Positions 19,088-28,103 of a DNA stretch of 64,000 nt are shown one piece after another. Below the pieces are notes generated by a model that searched no databases, was not told the origin of the DNA, and saw only the letters and a list, made by a program, of their open reading frames with translations. This DNA is from a virus (taxonomy: Duplodnaviria; Caudoviricetes): the IMG/VR virus record IMGVR_UViG_3300047400_000324, positions 11,757 through 75,756 of that record. One strand, given 5' to 3'. The translations under genes and the position numbers were made by a program. Within the stretch, counting starts at the first letter, position 1. Every line of letters begins with the position of its first letter.

Positions 19088-19765
19088 TTAATTCGCAAAA
19101 ACATCTTTGAGAAATGAAAAATTGTTTGAAAGTTGAGAAGCTGCGCTTACAGCAACTTCCCGATGTTCTTTTTGTGTTGATTTATCGCATCTGAGCATAC
19201 AATAGTGAATCCAGCTTCTTAGAGATCCATTCATATACATTCTCGATAAAGTCAAACCTTCTGGCAAAACAGTTCTTGCTTGTTCTTTAGCTATACCATT
19301 GGATATAGCCCATGCATATGCCTTTTTAGATACATTGATAGCATCCGTTTGAATTGCATTCCAATTCAATTGCAATTCTTTATCGTCTGTATCAAAACTG
19401 TTTTGCCGATTTTTTACATCCTGCAATCTAGCTTCTCGTAAAGTAAATCCAAGATCGTTTACTGGATCTGCATATCTTTGACTGAATTCCTGAAAACTAA
19501 AACTGCGATGTCGCAAAATCTGCCGAGCAATATCTCTAGTAGTATTAATTTCCATAACAACATTGACCATTTCGAAAATCGACCAATGATTGTTTTTAAT
19601 ACAATATTTCAAAAGCTTATCGGACGTTTGAGTATTCATTTGATTTGAAGGATTTGAAACCCTAGCACAATACGCAATAAAATCATTTGCATTCATTTGC
19701 TTATTTGTTATAGGGTCTACAATCAAAGGTTGGCTGATAGATATAATTTTAGCCATATTATTCAT
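19088..19765 (-). CDS. thyX: Flavin-dependent thymidylate synthase
   Basis: HWSIFE, RQILRHRSFSFQEFSQRY, ARTVLP, GSLRSWIHY, TQKEHR. Confidence 0.96.
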   Translation of the reverse strand: MNNMAKIISISQPLIVDPITNKQMNANDFIAYCARVSNPSNQMNTQTSDKLLKYCIKNNHWSIFEMVNVVMEINTTRDIARQILRHRSFSFQEFSQRYADPVNDLGFTLREARLQDVKNRQNSFDTDDKELQLNWNAIQTDAINVSKKAYAWAISNGIAKEQARTVLPEGLTLSRMYMNGSLRSWIHYCMLRCDKSTQKEHREVAVSAASQLSNNFSFLKDVFAN

Positions 19766-19985
19766 TGTTGATATCTTTATCCTTCAAAATATCCAAATGA
19801 TTTCCAATAGAATCATTGAAAGGAAGAACATATCCAATCGCTCTTAGAAAATCGGTATATTCTTCTAGTGCTTGAATCCAAGTAATTCCATTATCCGATT
19901 TTAGAGAACCAAAAGATACCGATACATTCCGGTTATTTTCATATTCATCATCAAGGCCTTGATACTCGTAAAGGTGCATTCCCAT
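19758..19985 (-). CDS. Hypothetical protein
   Basis: In-operon ORF; FLRAIGY pattern. Confidence 0.6.
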   Translation of the reverse strand: MGMHLYEYQGLDDEYENNRNVSVSFGSLKSDNGITWIQALEEYTDFLRAIGYVLPFNDSIGNHLDILKDKDINNE

Positions 19986-19988
19986 AAT

Positions 19989-20195
19989 TTATTTCTCCTT
20001 CTTTATATGATTGTATTTTTTTTCAGCACGCTCTGCTGATTCTATCAATGTTTGCCGAAGACCTATTTCACAAAAAATCTTTACAGCATCTGGACTCATT
20101 TTGAATTTAATCAAAGCATCTCCAGATTCCAATTCTTCGATATCTTCAACTTCTATCGATAAATCTTCTAATGTAATTTTATCATGATAACTCAT
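19989..20195 (-). CDS. Hypothetical protein
   Basis: MSYHDKITLE...; start chosen at the internal ATG (the track start is 20222). Confidence 0.55.
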   Translation of the reverse strand: MSYHDKITLEDLSIEVEDIEELESGDALIKFKMSPDAVKIFCEIGLRQTLIESAERAEKKYNHIKKEK

Positions 20196-20400
20196 TCCGT
20201 TTTCTCCTGTTGTCAAATTCACTGCAAAATAGTTTCAATAGATTCGAATTTCTAGAATATTCTTGTGTCATACTTATAAAGAATCCTCCATTGTCTCTAT
20301 CGTCATCGTCTGCACCGTGTCTACCTTCCAACACAGCATAAAGATATTCTTGGTCTTTCAACTTCATTGTATTGTTTTTATTTTTTCTAATCATCATCAT
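20182..20400 (-). CDS. Hypothetical protein
   Basis: ORF directly after the primase gene, with SD AGGAG. Confidence 0.5.
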   Translation of the reverse strand: MMMIRKNKNNTMKLKDQEYLYAVLEGRHGADDDDRDNGGFFISMTQEYSRNSNLLKLFCSEFDNRRKRNELS

Positions 20401-20404
20401 TCTC

Positions 20405-21433
20405 CTATGCTTTACTCCAATTATTCAATTCGAATTTAGCCTTTAGATCACGATATGTATGAGTATCGATAACATATTTAATGAAGTCAGAACTCAATCC
20501 AGACAATATCATATCGTTTACGTCCTTCGACATCATATTCGATGGCCATATACACACATTATAACCATTCATTATAGCTTTGTCAATCTTTTTTCTTGTG
20601 TCTATCGATCTAGGTTCATTGTCATACACTATTACTAAATTTTCTTTAGGAAAATCGGAAATTGCTGATATCAAATCGCCACCAGCAGTAGCAATAGAAT
20701 TAGGAATAAACATCGAATCGATTGGACCTTCGAAAACATAAGTTTTCTTTTTAAGATCGACTTTATCCAAACCATAAATCTTCGGTATTTCATCATCATA
20801 AACAATTGTTATATAACGCATGTTATCTGTTTTAGATAAAGCCCTACCTTGAAATGCATGCAATTTATCGTTATTGATAAATGGAATTATCAATCTCGGT
20901 TCGTCTCTTTCAATAGAGTTTTCTGAAAATTTATTCGGAATAAAGGAATTTACCCATGTAAAAAACTTTGGACAATAAAAAAGCTTTGCATGATACAGAT
21001 TAGGTATCTTTCTACTCTCTATAAATATTTTGCATGTATGATTGTATTTAAGCTGGCTTATCTTTTTGAGGTTAGATAGAGGACCAGTCTTTACGTAAAG
21101 AGGAACTTTCAGTTTAGCAATCAAATCTTCTAAACCAGATTCAATGCGTTTTTCTTTACCTTGTTCTTTCAACTTCTCTAAGACATATTCATGATGAAGC
21201 GATTGATCGATTTTATATAAAAATTTATCGAATGTATTGGTAATACCACAATTATGGCAATGATATATTGTATTGCCTTTTTTCTCGTAAATATAACCTC
21301 TTGCTTTATTTTTATTCGTTGCAGAATCACCACACAAAGGACAAGAAAAGTTGAATAGTGTTCCACTTTTTCTTTTATAATTGTTGAATCTATTTGAAAC
21401 TAAATTAATATATTTCTGATCTATCCAATTCAT
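20405..21433 (-). CDS. 61: DNA primase gp61
   Basis: Zn finger CPLCGD...HCHNC, AFQGRAL, TOPRIM VFEGPIDS, DNEPR, KDVNDM. Confidence 0.96.
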   Translation of the reverse strand: MNWIDQKYINLVSNRFNNYKRKSGTLFNFSCPLCGDSATNKNKARGYIYEKKGNTIYHCHNCGITNTFDKFLYKIDQSLHHEYVLEKLKEQGKEKRIESGLEDLIAKLKVPLYVKTGPLSNLKKISQLKYNHTCKIFIESRKIPNLYHAKLFYCPKFFTWVNSFIPNKFSENSIERDEPRLIIPFINNDKLHAFQGRALSKTDNMRYITIVYDDEIPKIYGLDKVDLKKKTYVFEGPIDSMFIPNSIATAGGDLISAISDFPKENLVIVYDNEPRSIDTRKKIDKAIMNGYNVCIWPSNMMSKDVNDMILSGLSSDFIKYVIDTHTYRDLKAKFELNNWSKA

Positions 21434-21507
21434 TTATAAACTCATATTATTTTTTCATGTCAATACTGATTATACAGTCTTTGGATAAAATGTCAATATA
21501 TATTTTT

Positions 21508-21858
21508 TTATTTGAAAATTAATTTATTGAGAATTGGATTGCCTAACCACGAAAATAAAGCCAATGCACCGGCAGCCATCCATATATATTTTTGAAGAAC
21601 TTCAATTTTTACTTTTACGTTGGAATAATCTTTTTCCATATTGGAAAATATTTTTTCAAAATAATCTTTCAAGTCTTTAAATTTTGCATCTACTTCATCG
21701 CGTCTTTTTTCTAAGGATGCACTAAGAGTGTCCGCCGCCTTTTCTTGAGTATCTAAACGTTGTTCATGGACTGCTAACATTTTAGACAAATCGGCAGAAA
21801 CTGTTGCCAATCTTTGTATGGCATCGTCTATTTTATAAAATCTAGATTCCTCGTCCAT
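21508..21858 (-). CDS. Coiled-coil protein with C-terminal transmembrane segment
   Basis: LAVHEQRL coiled coil followed by YIWMAAGALALFSWL. Confidence 0.6.
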   Translation of the reverse strand: MDEESRFYKIDDAIQRLATVSADLSKMLAVHEQRLDTQEKAADTLSASLEKRRDEVDAKFKDLKDYFEKIFSNMEKDYSNVKVKIEVLQKYIWMAAGALALFSWLGNPILNKLIFK

Positions 21859-21865
21859 TTTTTTT

Positions 21866-22045
21866 TTATCCTGTCGGCATTTTTCTTTTTAATGGAAACA
21901 ATTTTCTAAGCTTTGATTTTTCTTTTGTTGGTTGTTTCAATAAAGGATCATATGTATCTATGGGACCAGAACCAGCTGTAGAACTAGAAGTGCCCATACC
22001 ATTCATAGATCCAACAGATTCGGTTTCTTCTATTTTTTCAGCCAT
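21866..22045 (-). CDS. Small hypothetical protein (59 aa, not in the ORF track)
   Basis: MAEKIEETESVGSMNG...GPIDTYDPLL...; overlaps the upstream stop. Confidence 0.55.
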   Translation of the reverse strand: MAEKIEETESVGSMNGMGTSSSTAGSGPIDTYDPLLKQPTKEKSKLRKLFPLKRKMPTG

Positions 22046-22430
22046 TGTTTATTTTCCTTAAAGCATTTATTATTCCTTGATCCATCATTATATCGTCTGT
22101 ATATATTGTATCGTATTTTCCGACACAATTTATAGTTTTGGGCAAAGCATTTATCATCAATAAAAATGGTTTTATATAATGAAAATGATTTTCAAATTTA
22201 AGATACAATATTTTAGCTAAATTTATTCCAAAACAATTATGCAGTGTAATGATATGATTCAATATCAATCTTTCTTTCAATTCACCGCCTTCTTCATATC
22301 TAGTCAATAATTTTTTTATATACTTGATTCTATTCAAGTCTTCCATAAATTCTTCGGTAGATGCAATAGTTATATTATCATATATTTTCGCACAAAAAAT
22401 AATATAATTTTCTTCAGTAAGTTTATCCAT
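22038..22430 (-). CDS. Conserved T4-like hypothetical protein
   Basis: EEFMEDLNRIKYIKKLL.RY...GELKERLILNHII motif. Confidence 0.75.
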   Translation of the reverse strand: MDKLTEENYIIFCAKIYDNITIASTEEFMEDLNRIKYIKKLLTRYEEGGELKERLILNHIITLHNCFGINLAKILYLKFENHFHYIKPFLLMINALPKTINCVGKYDTIYTDDIMMDQGIINALRKINNG

Positions 22431-22432
22431 AC

Positions 22433-22693
22433 TTACCAGGCAAGATTAAGACTGACCTTACCCCATGTGTTGTTCGATACGCAAACATAAAAACTTGTAT
22501 TGTCATAAGCAATTTGACCAGCAATTCCGTTTGCATATCTTGAAACAGGAGCGGTTGTTATCAATCTATCCAAATACTGTGTTTGTATTGTTTTGAGAAC
22601 GGGGGTAGTATCCGGAGTAGAAAGAATAACTACCCTATCGTTCGCTGAATACGTATTTGTGGTCGGTAAGCTCGATATTGTTATTTCAGCCAT
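22433..22693 (-). CDS. Putative virion protein
   Basis: ITISSLP N-terminus and GQIAYD...YVCV..NTW C-terminus, as seen in fibre/structural proteins. Confidence 0.5.
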   Translation of the reverse strand: MAEITISSLPTTNTYSANDRVVILSTPDTTPVLKTIQTQYLDRLITTAPVSRYANGIAGQIAYDNTSFYVCVSNNTWGKVSLNLAW

Positions 22694-22710
22694 AATATAT
22701 TTTCTTTAAA

Positions 22711-23460
22711 TTATACGCCAGGGAATTTGGTATTGTCTGTAGAAGCATCGTTAGCAATAGCAGGTGTTCCATAAGCAGCAGTTTGAGCACCAAGAGAACC
22801 AAATGCTACGAGAGTTTCATAATGAACTCTGCCAGCTCTACCACCAGCCGTTGCTGTAAAATACGTTACTGTTGCATTTCCAGAAGCAGTACCACCGGTA
22901 GAATTTGTTATAGATATATTAGATGTTGGAATTGTTACGTTTGTAAATCCTGCGCCTTTATTTGCAATTGTAAATTGCAAATTTCCACCAGTTGCGTTAG
23001 TTGTAAATGTAATTGAAGCATTTCCGCCGGCTTGCTGGGAAGTTACAACGATAACATCTGTATTATTATAAGCTGTTTGCGTTCCACCATTGGTAGTAAA
23101 ACTGATAATAGAACCAGTTCCTGCTTTTCTTAAATTCCAACCAGCATGCTGCGGCATTTCTGTAGAATTATTTAAAATATTATTTGCCATTTCTGTTGCA
23201 GAAACACCAAATATTCCTACTGTCTGATTTGTTGTAAATGCGCCCGGTGTTGTATTATTGAACATATTGACATCAACAGAAGCTCTGGAACCTGGAGAAG
23301 TATTTCCAAAATGAGCATTCGAACCCATCGAAATTGGTGAAGTTCCATTTCCAGAACCCTTGACCAAAGCAAAAGTACCCAGAGGTGCACCAGTTGTAGA
23401 TTCACGTGTAGTGGTTGAATTGGCTGTTACCGCTTGGTCATTTCTACCGAAAAGTGACAT
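22711..23460 (-). CDS. Putative virion structural protein (Gly/Thr/Asn-rich)
   Basis: MSLFG.ND N-terminus, HAGWNL, GRAGRVHYETLVA pattern of T4-like head/neck-associated proteins. Confidence 0.6.
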   Translation of the reverse strand: MSLFGRNDQAVTANSTTTRESTTGAPLGTFALVKGSGNGTSPISMGSNAHFGNTSPGSRASVDVNMFNNTTPGAFTTNQTVGIFGVSATEMANNILNNSTEMPQHAGWNLRKAGTGSIISFTTNGGTQTAYNNTDVIVVTSQQAGGNASITFTTNATGGNLQFTIANKGAGFTNVTIPTSNISITNSTGGTASGNATVTYFTATAGGRAGRVHYETLVAFGSLGAQTAAYGTPAIANDASTDNTKFPGV

Positions 23461-23677
23461 TTGTATACTCCTAAGTTATTTTTTATATATTTATTATAAT
23501 CGTATTTTCAATCGGAAATGGTATAATCCGAAGTATTTTTATTAGGTGAAAAGCCACTTTGATCTTGGTTTGGACCGCGAATGGGAGCAGAAACCACGGT
23601 TGGTGGTTCCGGCTCCCGTTTTCTTTTATTATTTTTTGACTTTTCTTTGGATTCATGAATCCATTGACAAAAATTTA

Positions 23678-24709
23678 TCATGCAGCTGGTTCTGTTGGTG
23701 TAGAATATTTTGCCATTATTTCTGCATGTCTTCTTTTTGCTTCAATTGCTGCTTTTTCTGCATCGGCATGTGCTTTATCTATATCATATCCAGACTTTTT
23801 CAACGCCGTTGACATTCTTTGCTGTGGTGTCTTGCCAGATTTCAATGGTTGTTTAAAAAATCTTGAAGTTTCCGATACTTCGGTTTCTTCATTGCGTTGT
23901 TTTGCATAATATGCTGCAATAGCTTGTTTAGTGCGTTCTTCTTTTGTCTTACCAGCAAATTTTGGATTCTTAGATTTAACAAAATCATGAATCCATTCCC
24001 CAGCTGAAGATGATTTAGTCAAAACTTCATCTACCTGTTCGACTTCTTCTTTTACAGAATCGCATACACAAGGCGATTCTCCGCACTTCGGACACTTCTT
24101 CGATTTATCTTTCTTTTTCTTATCATCCTTTGAATCTTTATCGTTATCGCCATCATTTACAGCATCGTCTGTTGTGGGATTCAATTCTACTTCCGTCGTT
24201 CCACCTTCCAATTCATCAGACGATTTCTTTAAATCTTTCTTTTCCATAATAGATTTAGCAGCAGCAACAAGACTTGCCGATAAACCAAAATTTGTTGTCA
24301 ATGCCATTGCTTTATCCTCATCGATGATTTTTGTTTTTATTTGAGCTTGTTTAGACAATTTACTGGATTGAGTAGGTTTTGGATCGTTGGGTCTTCCAAC
24401 ATTTTCAATCTTTTCCCTTTTCTCTGAATTAGTTTCTTCTTGTGCCAATTTCAGTGTTTCCTTACTTCTTTTATTCGATTTTTTCGTTCTTTTTTCTATT
24501 TCTTGTTCTCTATTTTTTTCGTTTTCTTTATTTCTCTTTACTATATATTCTTCTTGATCTCTATTTCTTTTAGCACCAACAGAAATACCTGAAGAAGGAT
24601 CATGGCTGCTCATCGATTTTCGTCCTGAGCTGGAGCGATGTCCTTCTATATGATTCTGAGATACAATTTCACTTAAAGATTTCACTTGCTTGTTGCCTTC
24701 ATCATCCAA
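23678..24709 (-). CDS. Highly charged putative head/internal protein
   Basis: Lys/Glu-rich; HDFVKSKNPKFAGKTKEER...AIAAYY motif; candidate (I/L/V)xE cleavage sites. Confidence 0.55.
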   Translation of the reverse strand: MDDEGNKQVKSLSEIVSQNHIEGHRSSSGRKSMSSHDPSSGISVGAKRNRDQEEYIVKRNKENEKNREQEIEKRTKKSNKRSKETLKLAQEETNSEKREKIENVGRPNDPKPTQSSKLSKQAQIKTKIIDEDKAMALTTNFGLSASLVAAAKSIMEKKDLKKSSDELEGGTTEVELNPTTDDAVNDGDNDKDSKDDKKKKDKSKKCPKCGESPCVCDSVKEEVEQVDEVLTKSSSAGEWIHDFVKSKNPKFAGKTKEERTKQAIAAYYAKQRNEETEVSETSRFFKQPLKSGKTPQQRMSTALKKSGYDIDKAHADAEKAAIEAKRRHAEIMAKYSTPTEPAA

Positions 24710-25116
24710 CCAAGTTTTTCGTGTTTATCCAATCTATCTTGAATAAAATTCGATAAACCCATTTTATTAGCAGATTCTGCCAATTTATATGCTTTATTGA
24801 GTTCTTCGATCAATATATTGTTGTCCTTTATCAATTCGACAATCATAAGTTTTGCTTGCGGTATATTTATTTGATCTTCTATAACCGACAATTCAAGATA
24901 TCTATTGAGAGAACCTGGAGCATACGAATTCAAAGTTCTTATACGTTCAGCTATAGAATCTACTGCATCGAATGCATCGGTATATATTGTTTCAAACAAC
25001 CCATGATATTGTGGAAAATCGGGTCCTTCTACATTCCAATGGAATGCATGTGCTTTAAGATAATAAGAGAAAGTGCTTGCTAATACTACTTTCAATTGTT
25101 TTAAAAGATCATTCAT
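24682..25116 (-). CDS. dps: Dps/ferritin-like DNA protection protein
   Basis: YLKAHAFHWNVEGPDFPQYH.LFE.IY....DAVDSIAERIR; HEKLGWM. Confidence 0.92.
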   Translation of the reverse strand: MNDLLKQLKVVLASTFSYYLKAHAFHWNVEGPDFPQYHGLFETIYTDAFDAVDSIAERIRTLNSYAPGSLNRYLELSVIEDQINIPQAKLMIVELIKDNNILIEELNKAYKLAESANKMGLSNFIQDRLDKHEKLGWMMKATSK

Positions 25117-25136
25117 ATTTTCATACCTTTGTTATA

Positions 25137-25310
25137 TTATTCGCCTCCACCACCAGAACTACCGCTTTTTCCGGGTGAATGTTTTTCTATTTTACCATTT
25201 GCCATTCTTATTGGAACTAACGGTGCGGAAACAGTTTCTCTCTTTCCTGTAGTTCCTTTGGGAACAGACAATTCCGAGATGAATTCTTTAAAATTTACCA
25301 AGCGCGGCAT
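25137..25310 (-). CDS. Small protein with capsid-targeting-like N-terminus
   Basis: MPRLVNFKEFISE...; internal ATG at 25310 chosen as start. Confidence 0.55.
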   Translation of the reverse strand: MPRLVNFKEFISELSVPKGTTGKRETVSAPLVPIRMANGKIEKHSPGKSGSSGGGGE

Positions 25311-25987
25311 GACCAATATCTCGCTTTTGTTTTTGGTCCAGGTGTTTCGCAATGGTGTCTAGCCCTAAAGCTTTTTCTTCTGGCGGGAATATGTTTCTTG
25401 ATAGTCATATTAGGATCACCGAAATTTACTTTTTTTATATTTCCGGTAGATGGATCTCTTACATATACTTTAGATTTTTTTACATCGCCTTTTGTGGGTT
25501 TATTCAATGAAACTTCTTTACCGTGATAATCCGCTTCATAAATTCCCAGCGCTTCTTTTACTATTCGTTTTACTATTTTTGCGGTTGTTTGTCCAGGAGT
25601 TTCATTTTTATAAACATTTACCAATGAATCTGTACCGTCCAATCTTGAATCTGGATCATTCGGATTTATCGATTGTGGTTCCGGTGTTTCACTGGTTTTA
25701 CGATGTTTGGATGTTTCATGGGGTTTCTTTATAGGGCGCATATCAGTTTCTTCCGATGCCGATTTGAAATCCGATTCCGTGGGTCTTCCTTTTTCACCAG
25801 GTTTACGCATATGTTCTCCAGAACCTCGTTTTATTCTTTCTCTTTTTGCATGAATATTATCCCATAAACCATGGGTATTTTCCTCTTTCATTCTTTCTTT
25901 CATGTAAGCAGTCATGACTCTTGGCAAACCTTTCTCATCTTTCGGTTTCTTCAATTCATGAGAAAATGGATGTTTAAAATTTTTCAT
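25295..25987 (-). CDS. Conserved T4-like putative head protein
   Basis: GLWDNIHAKRERIK.GSGE.MRKPG and KVNFGDPNM..K..PARRKSFRARHHC..PGPKTKARYWSC. Confidence 0.7.
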   Translation of the reverse strand: MKNFKHPFSHELKKPKDEKGLPRVMTAYMKERMKEENTHGLWDNIHAKRERIKRGSGEHMRKPGEKGRPTESDFKSASEETDMRPIKKPHETSKHRKTSETPEPQSINPNDPDSRLDGTDSLVNVYKNETPGQTTAKIVKRIVKEALGIYEADYHGKEVSLNKPTKGDVKKSKVYVRDPSTGNIKKVNFGDPNMTIKKHIPARRKSFRARHHCETPGPKTKARYWSCRAW

Positions 25988-26007
25988 CGAATTACTTTCT
26001 TTTTTTA

Positions 26008-27861
26008 TTATTTATAATTTTTACGCCATTCATTCAATATATCGTGTGTAAGTAAAGAAATAGTTTCATTTACTTGTTTTTTGGGTTTAGGTTGTTGTCC
26101 TGTTCTAACATCATTATAAAGTTCTTCTGCATGTTCTGGTTTGATATTTGGAGACAATCCTTGACGAAATTTATTGAAATTTCCATTTTTTGCATGTTCT
26201 CTCATTTTAGATGCTGACATACCAGAAACACCTTCTGCATCTGGATCTCTATGACCAGCAGATACAACATTGATTTGTTTGAAGTTGAATTCTTTTCCTG
26301 GTCCATTATATCTATCTAATAATCTTTTGTATTCATCGACTCTATCCGAACCAGCAACCATAGTAACGTGTGTAACACCTTGTTTATGCAATTCCTTTAA
26401 ATGATGCATAAAAGTTGGATTTTCCCTCGTTGCTACACTTATATTTGTATTTGGAAACATTCTTTGTGCATGTTTCAATTTTTGTTCTGGCGATAAAGGA
26501 TTTTTATCTGAATCTTGTGTTCTTGAAAGAACAATAGAATGATTTGCGCCATTCAATCTTGCCAATTCTTTTACTTTATCGACTAAAGCACCATGACCAA
26601 CAGTTGGTGGATTCATTCTACCAAATGCAAATACATGATGCTTTTCTTCTTCGTTTATAGGTGCAATTTCAGATTTATCTGTTTCACCACGACCTCTATT
26701 GTTTGCAAAATTATTTCTTGAAAATTCTGCTCTATCGACCAATTTAGTAGGTCTTCCATTGCGTATTGCAACAAATCCCTCTGGTTTTACAGATTTTCCA
26801 CCCATAGTATGTTCAAATTCAGTTGGATTTCCTAAAGAATTTACGAGAACATCTTTTGCTTTTTGTATATGATGATGCAAATCGAATGCATGACCAAATT
26901 GTTCTTGATTGCCTTCTACATCATTTATAAAATTTCCATAATGTTCTATTTTTCTCTGTTTGGCTGAAGGTGTTTTTACTTTGCTTGCTTCATTGTCTCT
27001 TTTTTGTTTTAGAAATTTTACATATTCTTTTGGATTTGGTGTTGTTCCATCTCTGACGGTTTGATTTATGTATTGTTTCATGTGTTCGGCATGATTGCCT
27101 AATTTTTCCATAGTTTCTGGATGTATTTTTTGATAAGATTCTAAAGCATTTTTCTTATGCAATGCAAATTTACTTTGTGCAGGTTTGGTATAATTGAATG
27201 AATGACCAGAATTTATTTCTGGGTTTACTAAATTTACATCTGGGTGTTGTTTGAATTTGCTGTGATCTACATCGAATCCAGCTTTCATATCTTCAAACTT
27301 TTTACCTTTATATTTTGTATGAACTACAAATCCAATTTGTGAATTAGCAATTCTTTTTCCCATACCAGAATTTTTATGGGCACCATACGTAATAGTATTT
27401 GGAGTAAATTTATACTTATCTCCATCTTTTGTAACGTCGGGTTTTTCATAAAGAAAATCGCCCTGATAAACACCACCTTCATTGGGCATTGTTTTTGGTA
27501 AATGTTTAAGGGCAGCTTTTAATTTTGCCGCTAGCCCAGGAGCATGACCATGATTTTTGTCTATATCTTCTTCTGTATAATTTATTTTTGGATTTTTATT
27601 AAATGCAGATTTAGATGCTACAAAAAATTTACCAGTTTCTGGATGTTTGCCAAATACAACGCTTGGACTACCATCGTATTTTACTGTAATCTTAGATTTT
27701 GATTTTTTGCCTGACAATAAATTATGAGCATCTTCCAATGTAGATGCCGCATGTCCTACACCTTCATCCCCACCATGTATTATATGATCTTCTGCATGTT
27801 CTAAATGCTGAAGTTTATCGACATCCAAGGATTCGGCTAAAAAAGAATAAAAGTTTAACAT
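26008..27861 (-). CDS. Fusion of an ATP-dependent ligase-like N-domain and a HIGH-family nucleotidyltransferase C-domain
   Basis: N-domain VKYDG, QGD, EGFV, KLV; C-domain FGRMNPPTVGH, VAGSDRV, MSASKMR. Confidence 0.7.
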   Translation of the reverse strand: MLNFYSFLAESLDVDKLQHLEHAEDHIIHGGDEGVGHAASTLEDAHNLLSGKKSKSKITVKYDGSPSVVFGKHPETGKFFVASKSAFNKNPKINYTEEDIDKNHGHAPGLAAKLKAALKHLPKTMPNEGGVYQGDFLYEKPDVTKDGDKYKFTPNTITYGAHKNSGMGKRIANSQIGFVVHTKYKGKKFEDMKAGFDVDHSKFKQHPDVNLVNPEINSGHSFNYTKPAQSKFALHKKNALESYQKIHPETMEKLGNHAEHMKQYINQTVRDGTTPNPKEYVKFLKQKRDNEASKVKTPSAKQRKIEHYGNFINDVEGNQEQFGHAFDLHHHIQKAKDVLVNSLGNPTEFEHTMGGKSVKPEGFVAIRNGRPTKLVDRAEFSRNNFANNRGRGETDKSEIAPINEEEKHHVFAFGRMNPPTVGHGALVDKVKELARLNGANHSIVLSRTQDSDKNPLSPEQKLKHAQRMFPNTNISVATRENPTFMHHLKELHKQGVTHVTMVAGSDRVDEYKRLLDRYNGPGKEFNFKQINVVSAGHRDPDAEGVSGMSASKMREHAKNGNFNKFRQGLSPNIKPEHAEELYNDVRTGQQPKPKKQVNETISLLTHDILNEWRKNYK

Positions 27862-28097
27862 TTATACATCTCTATGAAGTTTATATTTCTTATATATTTA
27901 TTTTTTTCTGTTGATATCAAAACTTCTTTTATTATAGCGTCTATATTATCTTTCCAATAATTCAAAAATTTATGAACTTTTGGTATTTCTGGTAAAATGT
28001 CTTCCGTTTGCCATATAAATTCCTGAACAAGACTATAATGTGGAATATAATATAATATATCTATTGTTATCAAATAATTTTTTTTGATAATAAACAA
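27855..28097 (-). CDS. usg: Usg-family protein
   Basis: LIT..ILYY.P...LVQEFIWQ..D..PE.P...KFL.YW...I matches the alphaproteobacterial Usg pattern. Confidence 0.7.
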   Translation of the reverse strand: MFIIKKNYLITIDILYYIPHYSLVQEFIWQTEDILPEIPKVHKFLNYWKDNIDAIIKEVLISTEKNKYIRNINFIEMYKC

Positions 28098-28103
28098 TTT
28101 AAA

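Noticed and set aside
15269-19765. Group I introns or inteins in nrdA, nrdB or thyX
   Set aside because: All three are continuous and of normal length; gene 43 is also unsplit.
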